Shown: positions 37,081-49,505 of the stretch, piece by piece | Layout of the letters: each line of letters starts with the position of its first letter | Numbering within the stretch: position 1 is the first letter of the stretch | Assembly: GCF_018977255.1 (NCBI RefSeq) | Contig: NW_024704743.1 | Coordinates: 41,418,001-41,478,000, forward strand | DNA: 60,000 nt | Direction: 5' to 3' | Source of the DNA: Callorhinchus milii | Taxonomy: Eukaryota | Translations under genes and position numbers: made by a program | Notes under the pieces: generated by a model | The model's input: only the letters and a program-made list of their open reading frames with translations | Databases searched by the model: none | Told to the model about the DNA's origin: nothing

Positions 37081-37872
37081 TATAGAAACATAGTATTCAA
37101 AAGGATATCTATCTAATTCACTGTTCAAAGAGTGAATGTAGAAGACGATAAATTTCAGGAACAAATAGCAGTAAAAGAAATTTCATGTCCACAGGGAGTA
37201 CAGAGGTTATTTTGTGGAGGCCTGTGCAATATGATCTTTATCATTGTCAGATAAAGTGTGAGGAAGATGAAAAGAGAGTTGCGATCACAGGTTCCCCATG
37301 TGAGGTATGAATCACATCCCACAAGGTCTCTTAATATATCCTGTTAAAATCACATGTTAGAAATTAATTGGGTAAAGTTAATTAGGTAAAGAGGTAAAAA
37401 GATGGTAAACTGTATTCCATTGTGGTTTGGTTTCATTGTAGCTAGAAGGCAGTATGAGTGCTAATTAATCTGTTGTCGGGTGGTCTAGTTTTAAAATATT
37501 TATACATTTTCAACATAGACAATTTCAAAGCAAATCATGTTCCAGTAATTGGAAATGGAATATGGGGTTACCTTTTTATGATGGATGAGAAATGTTCCAA
37601 AGAAATGATGTAGTGTGATTAAAAACATGACTACTGTATAAATATTAAACATAAAGCAGGCAGACAATGAGGTTTGAAATACATATTTTCTAATCGGATT
37701 GATAGTGAGATAAGAACACCATTTACAAAATTGCAAATTATGATTTCCAAGTGGCCAAAGTTTGAAAAGAAAACTCCAGTGATCAAACCACCAGCCACCA
37801 GCTACTGTTTGCCAGGACTTTGAAAGTACAGGATTCAAAAACAGTCAGCAGTGATCTTTGTAGTAAAGTTTA

Positions 37873-38790
37873 CAGTCACAAGATCGGTCTGGATGAAGGA
37901 AGCCCTTCAGCCCATCCAATCTTATCCCTTCAGAACACCCACCCTCCCATTCTTCCATTGCTGCATCAAGCTGCTTTTTAAATGAGTCTAGTGTCCTGGC
38001 TTCTATAATCTTTGCTGGCAACCTGGTTCATAATAATAATAATCCTTGCATTTGGTATAGCGCTTTTCACGTCTTCTAAGATGTCTCAAAGGGCTTCACA
38101 GAATATGCTGTAAAGTGAATTGATTGTGTATTTGTGGGCGAAATGCGGCAGCCAATTGTGCACAGCAGTGTCCCACAAACAGTCGTGGATTGAAAATGAC
38201 CAATTTATTATTGTTTTGTTTTGAAGGCATTATTATTAGGCGTGTGGAGTAGGAAACTTGCCCAAGGTTTCACCCTGCCTGGAATTGCCAGGCGAGCGCT
38301 CCAACCACTGAGCTACTTGTAGGAATCCACTGGGTAAAGAAAAACATCCTGGTATCTGTCTTGATAACGGCCGTTTACAACTCTAAACCTATGTCCTCTT
38401 GTTCCACTGTCATAACACATCCTGAAGTATTGATCTGGGTTTACTTTTTCAATCCCATTTAAAAATGTATATACCTCTATGAAGTCCCCTTTGAAACCTC
38501 TTCTGTGAAGAATGCAGAACCCTAGCCTGTCCAGTCATTGCTCATAGCTTATCCGTCTAACACTGGGATCGCCCTCTGTACACCCTCTGTTGGTCTCCTT
38601 TGTACTGCATCTCGGTCGAGGAAAGTCCCCTTATGTTGCGGTAACCAGAAATGTATCCAATTGTCAAGGTGTGTCTGACCAGAGCACTGTACAGTCTGAG
38701 AAAGATGTTTGGGGATTTAAAGTCAACTGATTTAGCAATATAGCCCAGCATCCTGTTTGCTTTCTTTATTCTGCCTCATGTTGTTTGACA
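37873..38790 (-). mobile_element. CR1 3' portion (~600 bp) split by a SINE
   Basis: ORF 38557-38751 LGYIAKSVDFKSPNIFLRLYSALVRH; TRGHRFRV..RMFFFTQ; 3' UTR at 37873-37960. Confidence 0.9.
38030..38330 (-). mobile_element. Chimeric SINE, short 5' form with old-type tail, nested in CR1
   Basis: ggcgtgtggag joined directly to attattatt (short form) but the tail reads cacgtcttctaagatgtctc. Confidence 0.9.
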
Positions 38791-39944
38791 TAATGAGTGA
38801 CGAATCGACTAACACCCCGAGATCTTGATATGTTTAAACTGGAAGCTGCAATTAATGCAGCAGATCCAGGTTGTGAGTATCCTGTTTTAAACCTTTTTAA
38901 AATATTGTGCAACAGACACATTCTCAAACATAATGACCTGTGTTATAATCATGATATGCATGGATGGTTCATTAACATCAGTAGATTTTTTTTTCCTACT
39001 TTAAGACAGGCGAACCCGGTTATAACCATTGTGCGACGTTGCTTACAGTACTGGTATCCTATGGACTGCATGGACGTGTGGTACATGTAGCTTCTGGCAC
39101 TGATAAGCAAGCTGATCAAGCTAACATGTGACCAACATCTGGATCATCACTGCTTGCATGTTGTATGCATAAGATAAATCATGTATTTTATTGTCTCTTT
39201 TAACAAAACGTCTCAAAGGGATCGCCAAGTATTTTCTGTAAAATGTAAAGTGACGGGATTTATTGGCTAATGTGTTAGCTGGTTTGCACAAGGCAATGTG
39301 CCCCTAACAGCCATGAAGCGAATGACCATTTTTTTATACTTACATCGCTGACATCAGTGTCTATGCATTGCTATGTTATTGCCTGCATATAGCCCATGTA
39401 CCCGCAACAGATAGAAAACGTGTCAGCAATTAAATGGAATTCAGCCTTTTTTGTTCTTCCCTTATAATACAGCCACAGAGATATGGAACCATCTGACCAC
39501 ACTGTACTGAGATTGCCCTGTATTTTACAGAACTTTCCTCCACACTTTGTCACTGAGATACTAGCTCATGCTGGAGAACAGTTTACAGATCACATCCACA
39601 GTATAGCATCTTGACCCGAATGATCATATTCCTGCCTACCTGCCTGTTTGTCTGTTTGTCTTTGGCATCACAACCGAGCCTACTATCCTAATGAGTACAC
39701 ATAACAGTATATTTGCAGCAGGCACTAATGCATAGCGATAACTAGCAAGAATAAATGCTGATTGTTTCTTTTCATTCTGTAATCCAGAATAGAACAACAA
39801 TAACAAATTACATTTGTGTTGCGTCTTTCACGACAGGAGTACATCCCGGGTGGGGTCAACTTCATGCCCCTCCCTACCTGTCTACCTGTTGCCTGGTTAA
39901 GATCATTTGAATCAGTGAAAACGATTGAAGATAATACATTCATT

Positions 39945-40320
39945 ATGATAACAATAATCCTTGCATTTGATATAGGGCCTTATCACATCTCAATGCTATT
40001 CACAGAATATACTGTCAAGTGAATTGACTATACATTTTGTGTGCAAAACACAGTAGCAAATTGCATACAGCAGTGTCCCATAAACATTCATGGATTGAGT
40101 GATCAAATTATTGTTATTTATTTATTTATTTGAAAGGATTATTACCCCCGGGATAGTGATCTGCCAATCGACAAACAACCAGGTTCCTTCTTACTGCTAA
40201 GTAAACAGAGGCGTGTGGAGTAAGGATGCTTGCCCAACATATCGCCCTGCCAGGAATCGATCCCAGGTCCTCTCGCTTGCTTGGCGAGTGCTCTAACCAC
40301 TGAGCTAGACAGGACTCCAC
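39945..40320 (-). mobile_element. Full-length chimeric SINE, long form
   Basis: Head, ttgggcaagcatccttactccacacgcctctgtttacttagcagtaagaaggaacc, Deu-like body and tail. Confidence 0.93.
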
Positions 40321-40364
40321 AGGACTCATTGCCTCTATGGCTCGATTCCACATTTGATAATGCT

Positions 40365-40530
40365 GGGGAGGAATTTCACCTGGGTCAAGCATTATGTAGC
40401 ATTTCCACATAATGTCCACAGTGAAGCCAGTTTTCTATAAATTGTTTTAAGCACTAACAGAAAACTGACTTCAAAGTTAGGACGGAATTTGACAATTTGC
40501 TAAATTGTGGATGCTCTGAAATACTACATG
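40365..40530. mobile_element. Palindromic MITE, degraded copy of the 58604 family
   Basis: ggggaggaatttcacctgg...ttatgtagcatttc arm and central gaagccagttttct/agaaaactgacttc inverted repeat. Confidence 0.65.
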
Positions 40531-41437
40531 AAGAGATTAATACTTGAAATATCAAGCTACTAGCAACAAAAATTTGAATCAGAACATAAATAAAAATCTA
40601 ATTTAAGTTTGTGACCTATCATCAGGGCCAGTTTTTTTCACAATTTCTTTCCCCCACCATTAAGTAATTTAATAATTGCTGCTTTGACTGTAACTGGAAA
40701 TGAGGACAGGCTAACTTTATATCACATCAATACCCATTTTACAGCTTCCACTACAGATTACACTGACTGCCTGAGATCTGCAGTAAGAAGTATGGGCTGC
40801 CTTTGGTTTAGTCATTGCAGAAGTGTGTTCCACATGAAGTTATTGCTAACAAAATAGAATGGGCTAAAACATTATTAGGAAACTAAATAATGATTGTAGA
40901 CAAAGTTGTCAAAATATGTATTATTTCTGTTAAAATCTATTTGAAATGTTGTGACATATTGGCATTAGATGTCATGGAAGATTGTACTTTGATGGGTTGC
41001 AATCTGATCCAAATACAAATGGATAGTTATTAAGTAAAACTGGAACCTGTTTTCTGTTTGGTTTTATGCTTAGTGCATAGTTTCCAGATAACAATATCTA
41101 GCTCATGTAAAGTATAATATGTTCTACTTTCTAACGAGAGAACCAACAATTCTCTGGTCAGAGTTATTCAGGACACTGAGTTAAAATACATTTTGTCCAT
41201 TTCACAGTGCTGCTGTTTCTAGACTGGCAGATGTAGAGATGTAGTGTGGGCTGAGAGACGTTCATTATGGATGCCAAGAGTCAATCTTGGACAATAAAAA
41301 CATGTCAACAATTCAGATGAAGACTGGCAATGAATATTTCCCTGGATTTGACAGTGCCCAGATGAGTAAACTCTTGCTGTCTGTTGTAAGGGATAATGAA
41401 CAAGTATTCCAGTTTACAAACAGAATGTTTTTTCTTA

Positions 41438-41910
41438 TTCAGTTTGGGCACAAAATCTTAAGAAGGACATACCAAGCTTAGTGGTGTCCAGTGACAGTTC
41501 ACAAAATTAAATTCCTGTGCTGAAAGGGCTCAAATATGGCAAGAGGCTGGATAGACTGGGTTATATTTCTTAAGAGTGTTGGAGTTTAAAGGATGGTGTG
41601 ACTGAGGTACTCAAAATAATGAAAGGACTTGACAGGTTAGATAGTGGATGACTTCCCTCAGGTAGAGGGATGCATTACAAGGAGGCATAGCCTTCAATCA
41701 GAAAAAAAGACAGTTAGAACTCAGGTCAGAAAGCACTTCTTAACACAGAAGATTGTGAAGTTGTAAAATTCTTTGTCCCAGAGCTGTCGAGGCCAGATTA
41801 ATTAGGAAGCTTAAAAGAGAGGTAGACAGATACGGGTATAAAAGAGTAAGTGGAAACTGGTGGAACAGGCATTATGGGCTGACTGATTGGTCTTTTCTCT
41901 GTTTTCTTAT
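41438..41910 (+). mobile_element. Degenerate CR1 3' end
   Basis: LKKDIP...RLDRLG...EVLKIMKGLDRLD...QVRKHFLTQKIVKL remnants. Confidence 0.85.
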
Positions 41911-41984
41911 CTTCATATTAAAACCTTTTGCAAGATGGGCAGCAATTCAACTTGTGTATTTATACTGCAATAGTATAAATTCAT

Positions 41985-42420
41985 GATAATAATAATCCTT
42001 ACATCTGATATAGCACTTTCACACTGGGAGAATGTCTCAAAGCGCATCACAAGAAAAACTGCCAAATATAGTGACTGTATTTTGTAGGCAAACACAGCAG
42101 CCAGTTTGCACATGGCGTTATCACGCAAACAGACATGAATTGACTGACCACTTTTTTCTGGAGGTTTGTTGGCCAGAACACCAAGAGAAACTCTCTTGTT
42201 GAATAGTACCATGAAATATTTAACATCCACCAGAACAGGCAGATGCGATCTCAGTTTAACACTTCATCAAAAGCACTGCACCTCAGACAAAACAGAATAC
42301 CTACCAGGACTGCATTTAAATGTCAGTATAGACTATGTGGGTTCAAAGTCCTGACACGCGGGTGGAACCTACAACCTTCTAATTTAGAGACAAGAACGCT
42401 ACCAACTGAATCAGATTGAC
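41985..42420 (-). mobile_element. Full-length old DeuSINE (SacSINE1-like)
   Basis: Minus strand head ttcagttggtagcgttcttgtctct...agaaggttgtaggttcc, Deu body, same (TTA)n tail type as the chimeric SINE. Confidence 0.8.
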
Positions 42421-42557
42421 AGCCATGTTATACAATTGATTTTAATTTAAAAAATAACTACCTGCCATATTATAACTGAACAATTATACTCCTACCGAAA
42501 CCATTAAAAAAACTGTAACATTTGAAAACATTCTATATTTGATGTTAACAACATCAT

Positions 42558-42665
42558 GTCAGCCTGGCTCAGTTAGCAGCACTGTCGTCTCTGAATCAGA
42601 AGGTTGTGGGTTCAAGCTCCACGTCGGGACTTTGAACTCACAGTCTCGACTGATGCTCTGGTTGA
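42558..42665 (+). mobile_element. Old DeuSINE tRNA-like head
   Basis: gtcagcctggctcagttagcagcactgtcgtctctgaatcagaaggttgtgggttcaag. Confidence 0.8.
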
Positions 42666-43164
42666 GTTAGTTGTGTACTGTATTTTAGTGCTCGGAACAT
42701 CCTCCCAACGTATGAGGCACTATTCAAATGTATCATTTGTTGTTGGCCACTCATTTTTAGTAATGATGCATGTGTGGTAATCAAGATGAGGAGTTTACTT
42801 CTGCCTTTCAATGACACCATCAAGTGTTCCCAGGTCAGATATATCTTGGGCTATAAGTGAAGTTCTTTGTTATGCCTCAACAATTTGGTTCAACTCCATC
42901 TGTGAAACAGCAGTTTTATTGCACTCATGGGTCATTCCTGCATCCCAGATCACCTGTTTACAGTAAATGGTCTCACTGAGTCCAATTACCAATGCAATGC
43001 TGAATTATAGGCATGCATTTCTACTTCTCATGAATAGTTTGCCTCGCATGAATAAACACTGTACCTTGATGTCTCTCAGAACTGCAGGAATAATAAAAGG
43101 AAAAGAGGTAGGCTGTAATCGAGGGCACGGTTTGAGGATAAGTTGTGGACCAATTTAGATGCAT

Positions 43165-43915
43165 TACAACAACTTGCATTCATATAATAATCCTTGCATT
43201 TGATATAGCAGCCTCCATGCAGTTTAGTGTCTCAGAGTGCTTAACAATGACTCCGAGCCAGTGGTGGGAGGAGATAACCATAAGCACGGTCAAAAAGGAA
43301 AGTCTTGAAGGCAATACTTGGAAAAGGGGAGAGAGGGGGCAAGGCGGAAGGATTTAGGGAGAGTGTTCCAAACTTTTGGGGAGTAGTTGGCTGAAACATA
43401 GCTATAACAACGAACTCGTAGTCGCTAGATGCATTGCAGCTATGTTGATGAAGAATCAAGGGCAAATCAGAAAGGTGGATCCTGAAATCTGGTGTGGAAT
43501 ACGACAGAGGGCGAGGGAGAATCTCATAGGGATATGAAGTCATCTCAAGCAAAGGGAATTCATACACAGGTACAGAGGTCGCAGATAGGAATTGAACAAG
43601 AGCTGGGTGGAACTTGGTCAGGTTTGAGGGAGATATTGGAGGCATAGAGGAGAATAAAATAACATTCAAGGAACAGATGTGGGATAATCATTTCCACCTT
43701 CCAACAATCATTTCCACCTTCCACCTTACCCTGGAAGAATAAAGCTCACCTTCCAACAAGGTGGAAATCTCACAAACAGGGGACAGGTGTTGGAGGAGCA
43801 TAGACAATACTTCATTGAGCAGAGTGGATGGAGCATTGAGGTTGGAAGAGATTTTAGTGATAACAAATTAGTAGGAAGAGGGAATGCAGGAACCTAGGCT
43901 GAAACGGAACCTCAG
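43165..43915 (-). mobile_element. Degenerate, rearranged L2
   Basis: FKTFLFDRAY remnant (ORF 43241-43669), purine-rich plus strand, internal junction with templated filler. Confidence 0.7.
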
Positions 43916-44285
43916 AGAAAAGAGAGAGAAAAAACATACACTGAAATTTCACTGTACCCTGGAAGAATAAAGCTCACCTGCTCTTTTCTACTTCTGTATG
44001 TATCACAACCTTGGACACTGAAAAATAATACTTAAATAAAACAGGGGATATACAAGCTCCTGAAAGTTCAAACACCATGCAGTCTCGAGGGTATTACAGA
44101 GCAGAAATGTATTACACTAAACACGGTAAGTAACAAGTGAAACCATAAGACAGACGACCAACTTGCACATTGCATGATGTCATGCTAACCACAGGAATTA
44201 AGAGAAAGGGCATGCTGATAGATAGTGCTTCCCTGCCAGCAGTGCAGCAAAGGCCATTATTTGTGAATCACCTTCCCCGCTGTTC

Positions 44286-44299
44286 GTTGCTCTAGCAAC
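44286..44299. promoter_or_regulatory. Palindromic RFX X-box-like motif
   Basis: GTTGCTCTAGCAAC in unique sequence; AP-1 TGACTCA at 44373. Confidence 0.35.
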
Positions 44300-44835
44300 A
44301 GACAGAATTCTAATGCTGCCCAGCATGGTTAAGAAGCTGTAAAAAGGCACATTTTTGCAGTGAGACAATCAATGACTCAACATCAATTTCTGCTTAAAAA
44401 TAATAATTCCAGGCAAGTCATTTCTGAAATGTTTGTTAATGAAGGAGGAAACCTCAATCAATGCTCTATTATCAGTTGCTGATTTGTTTTCTGTACACTA
44501 ATATCTAGTTAATACATTGCTGCTAATTGTTGCTTCCACACAAACCCGCCCCTGAAGTATCCATGATTCCGTTTAAGATAAAAACATTGTTCTCCCTTTT
44601 CAGTTGCTCCTTGTGCGTTTTTTTGCGTTCACCAGAAGGGGGAGAGCCTCCGCAGGAGCAATCTTCACTACTGCTTGTGCTTCAGGTTGCTGAACAAAGA
44701 TGTAGCATTAGAGGTAGGTGTTGTACGTTCCATTTGTTTTGGCAGCTCCTGCTTAAATGTGACCTTGCTAAGATCGACCAATGCCTGGTATTTAATTGCT
44801 CTGATGCATGGCTTAAGATAATAAATAATAATAAT

Positions 44836-45003
44836 TTGGTCGCTTCAATCCACGACTGTTTGTGGGACACTGCTGTGCACAATGGGCTGCCATGTTTCGC
44901 CCGCAAATATACAGTCAATTCACTTTACAGTATATTCTGTGAAGCACTTTGAGACATCTAGAAGACATGATAAGGCACTATATCAAATGCAAGGATTATT
45001 AGT
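44836..45003 (+). mobile_element. 5'-truncated chimeric SINE (old tail)
   Basis: Deu-like body plus gagacatctagaagacatgataaggcac. Confidence 0.9.
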
Positions 45004-47064
45004 ATTAAGATGAGCGCTATGGGCTGGTGAGCAGCCTGGATTCAAGCATAGAATTTCACATATAAAATTCCCCAAATCCAATCCCATTCCATAGAATAAT
45101 CCCTGATCCAGATATAATCCTGCAAATTCCTGATTCAATGAAAAAACAGTTCTTAATTATTTGTGCTTTTAACTGCTCAGTAGAGAAGCATGTGAATCAG
45201 TGGTCTATATCTGCATAACTGCTTCTTGTAAAATTGTGCTTTGTGTATATTGATATCTTTTAATTTAAAATCAGTGTACCATGAGTGACTGAATGGACAG
45301 GGGTGCAAATTTACAATCACTGTTAGAAAATACTATGACAAGTTGTGGTTAACCTGCACTCAACTATTCCAATCAAACTGAACAATCGTAAAAATGGACT
45401 GAAGGGAAACATCAAATCATACTTCATCATCAGATAATTGCCTAAAAATCAATTGTGCAACTAAAAATATTAAAATGCAAAAAGACATTGCAGCAACAAG
45501 AGTGGCCATAAAACTATTTTTTGCATAAAAGGTACCTTTCCAATATGAATGAGTTGACAGTAGAAACATTTGTCGTAACATCAGAGGGGTGTTCAATCTC
45601 AACCAGCATTGCCACAGGACACAAAGTATTGCAGATTCTGTCCTTACTTTAATAGTTACCTCCCAGTGATGTTTATGATTATCATGCACAGCAAATTTCC
45701 TCCCATTAATTGATGAGTGAGAGTTGTGAAAAACAGATCAGTTGCCACCAGTGATTACTCATCCTTGCTGTCCTGTTCCTCATGGCTGCAGCAATGGACC
45801 TATCCCAGTGCATGGACTCTTAATTTTTTTGGCATTTTATTGAAGGGATTCGTTAATAAAAAAAATCCTTACTACCTGCAGAAAGTCTACTTCAGAAGTA
45901 CCAGGTTACCGGTGAGAATGCTTATTCAGTGTCAGTCTGGCTCAGTTGGTAACTTTCTCTCTCCTTGGGTTCAAAGGTGGTGGTTCTCAGCTCCATGTTA
46001 GGGCTTCCAACTCTCACTCTGGGTTTATAATTGCACTATTGGAGATGAGATGTGAAACTATTCAAAAAACGAAGGGACGTTTCTCTCAGTAACCTGGCTG
46101 ACATTCCCCAAAAACAATTGTTTAATTGGTTCCCACTTGTGGGTGCTGTTGCTGTTATTCCAATCATGAAGAATAGTACTTCACTAATATCTCAAGCGTA
46201 GGTCAATCTGCAATCAACTGGGATTTCATGAGCAGCCCCAAAACACCATTCCTGTGATCAAGGACATGAAAAGTAGCAACGAAATCTTTAGGACCAACCA
46301 TTTGTGGTGGGACAGGGAAGGATGTTCAAATTCAAAACCAGTCATACATTATCAACTGAAACTGATATCCTGGGATTTCTTGATGCAATGTGACATCAAA
46401 TTGAATTGTTTCTGTCTTGGTAAGGCTTAAGTACACATGTACTGTTAGGCAAGCATTTTATACTTCAAACTCACCTATTAGAATACTCCCACAGTGTGAA
46501 TTTCAGATTGTAGCTAGGCCATCACAAGGAGAGGTTAAGTGCATCCCCATCGAGGAAGAAAATAAATCAAACTATTGCTCTGCCCCTCTTAGCACCTAGT
46601 TGCAGACTGTATTGACAAAGGCTGAGTTGTACTTTTGTCTTCTCTGTCTGGAACACATTGATGATTTGTGTGGTGATTGGGAAAAAAGAATGACAACATG
46701 CAAAAAAATTACATGTTCTCTTAAGGCTTCAGATTGTGCAAAGTTCATTTATATTTATGAAAACAATGACCTTTACACTATTAGGTCTATTCATAAAGAA
46801 GTTTTTGAACACAATATCACTTAATACAACTCCTTGAATATTTATAGCCATTGTATTTCTTCACTATTTTTTCTGTTTTGCAAAATTCTAAATTATTAGG
46901 AGTCAAATTATTGGGCTTGGCTGTGACACCCCTTCACACAGTCAAATCGTATTCAAACATCACCCTTTGTAAAGACACAGATACAAATGTGTGAGCTCAT
47001 TCTAAGTTTCTCATTGGTTGTTGATCAAAATTGGGATCAGAAGCTTCAGTGTTCTAGTTCCAGT

Positions 47065-47530
47065 GCACAAAACAACATTAATGTACACTTGCATACTTTT
47101 ATGTTGGGCGAACATCTCAAAGTACTTGCCTGGTGGAGGGAATGAGCAGAGGCAATGAAACAGACCAGAATTGGCAGAGTAATTGATCAAAAAAATTCTG
47201 CAATTGATTAATAATAATTGGCAGAGTAATTGAAGAATAGGATTACTGGAGATAATAAAGTGGTCATCAGTGTCAAAGATGGCAGAGATATTGAGGGGAA
47301 GGAAGTAAAGGGAGCCCTGGTTGCAGACAGAGGGCATGTCATATTTTACTTTCACCAGGGCTGTCTTCGTATTCTGGATGGGGGCGGAAGATGGATTGGA
47401 GTGAGAGGTCCAGTGTTGGCTTTTTGAGAATTGTGGGAGTGGTGAGTGAGTGGGTGGGGGAGTAATGACAATGTTTTTGAAAGGGAGGAGTACCATGCTA
47501 GTGGATGGGAAGAGGTTCCTTAACAAAAGC
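47065..47530 (-). mobile_element. Internally deleted L2 remnant
   Basis: ORF 47011-47535 TKTALVKVKYD...LNISAIFDTDDH, like L2 TETAL.KV.ND..LDLSAAFDTVDH; tail near 47065-47130. Confidence 0.75.
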
Positions 47531-48664
47531 ACCACTTTAAACCATACAGCTGAATCCTCATCTATGCTGTTAGCTGATCATAACCAAAGTTACAATTGGC
47601 ATCAACACCTCTGGATTAGGGAGAAAAAAATCAACTGGAGATCCCATTCTTCATTACTATGAAATGACTTATACTAAAAAAAATCATGTGTGGGAATGTT
47701 CAAGGAATGGCAGGTTTGGGTTTGCCTATGATGTTCCCTTTGATTGAACAGCCTGTCAATACGCTTGTTTCAGGCTTACATGTATAATAAACTACTTCAG
47801 TGAAATATCAGACGGAAGCTGGCCGCGTTGGAACTTTATTCCAGTAGATGAAAAAAGGACTCAAATGCCTTGAGGAGAGCAGGAAGGAAGAACAGAAAAT
47901 TGAATTACAAAATTTGTTGAGAGAAAAAAAAATCTCATTAATGGTTTGTAACATATTGTCAAAGTTTGCTATATTTAAATTGGAGTAAAATTGTGAAATA
48001 TTTTGTTAATCTGTACATTACCTTAGGGTAAATGAGATCACTGCTATCTTGTAATTCATATGAAAAGGAGTGAGTGTTTACTCTGTAATCTAATAGAAAG
48101 TTGGATTCAGAGAGGAACCAGCAGGACATATAAAGGGCTATAAAATCATACAAGGACAGACACAATTATCGTGAGTTGAAATAATATTGCTCTAAATGGT
48201 ATGGTGGGCACATACAAATAAAACGGTTGCAATGACAATTAGAAATAGAGGTAAAAAAGTTTCATAACAGATTTGATCATTGCAAACACAGCACCAAAAT
48301 TGTCTTATCTTAATTTGAACTGCAACGATAACATTTATCCAGTTGTAAAACATTTCATATAAAATCAAGACACAGCAACACATAATTTGATTAAAACTAC
48401 TTTAGATTGAAAGTGATGTTGTTATAGTTATACCTCATTTAAGCTCTCAACTTAATGGGGTCTAATCTGCTGTAGTTTTTTGATGGGATGCCTCAGTAAG
48501 ACTAGTCATGCAAATGGTGTCGCCTATTAATAACCTGAAGTACATTATGCAACTCATGGGAGCTCTGGTCAGATGCTTCGGAGTGGAATTTCTGCTGCCT
48601 GACAGAAATGTGAAGGGATTTGTTTGTAAAGAATTAGATCCCATCAATATTTAATTCACTACAC

Positions 48665-48725
48665 AGCCTGGCTCAGTTGGTAGCACTCTCGCTTCTGAGT
48701 CTCAAGGTTGTGGGTCCAAGCCCCT
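48665..48725 (+). mobile_element. Old DeuSINE head
   Basis: cagcctggctcagttggtagcactctcgcttctgagtctcaaggttgtgggtccaag. Confidence 0.8.
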
Positions 48726-48733
48726 ACATTTTA

Positions 48734-48800
48734 GGGGTGGGTGTGAGTGAGTGGGGGGGTAGTGGGTGGGTGGGGGGGAGTAGGTGGGTGGGTGGGGGNA
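48734..48800 (+). repeat. G-rich (GGGT)n-like tract ending at an N
   Basis: More than 8 G-runs; ambiguous base at 48799. Confidence 0.85.
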
Positions 48801-49293
48801 ATGCTGCTGGTGGTACTTTATTGATCATGCAGAATTATTCCAGAATATCTTTTAGGACTAATTTTTTTTAAAATGATGCATTCTGGATGAATACATACCC
48901 ATCTATTTTGTCAACCTTCCGTGATGTGAAGGCAATGTATTGGGATATCACTTTGGTTAACTCTGTCTTCTCACAAAGGACACAGGTTCAGGGTTGGAAT
49001 GAACAATTTTAGGATAGACAGTGGATAGCATTTCTTTACACAGAGAATAATTAACTGGAAAGAGTCTTCTAGAATGGTGATTGAGCAGGCAAATTGGATC
49101 TAATAAATTACTCTTTCAAAGAGCCAGCACTGGCTTGAGAGGCCACTATACATTTTCATGGTTCTAGGATTATGTATCTCCCTCTTGAATACAGTACAAT
49201 TGCACTTTAGAATTTAATTATGGGGATTGTAGCAGGATTCACAAAATCTTGCCCATACCTGAACTTCCACTTACTGTAAAACAGGTGTTTTTA

Positions 49294-49505
49294 CAACAAC
49301 AACAACAACAAGATTCCATTTATAAAGCGCCTTTCACGTCAGGAGGACGTCCCAAGGCGCTGCACAGTTGGGTCAGGACCCGAGCAGGGGGAAATGGTCA
49401 GGGTGAGGGGAGGGAAGGGAGGGAGCGAGGAGGGGGGAAATGGTCAGGGTGAGGGGAGGGAAGGGAGGGAGCGAGGAGGGGGAAGAGAGTCGAGAGGGGA
49501 GCTGA
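49294..49505 (-). mobile_element. Young L2 3' end with 46-bp tandem duplication
   Basis: (CAA)n, taaagcgcctttcacgtcaggaggacgtcccaaggcgc; gaaatggtcagggtgaggggagggaagggagggagcgagg x2. Confidence 0.9.

Noticed and set aside
42815..42930. LF-SINE-like fragments (also 10200-10330)
   Set aside because: Similarity recalled from memory is too weak to support without an alignment
47848..47943. Coiled-coil-like 96-bp exon candidate (MKKGLKCLEESRKEEQKIELQNLLREKK)
   Set aside because: A-rich composition explains the K/E bias; weak donor; no recognisable homology
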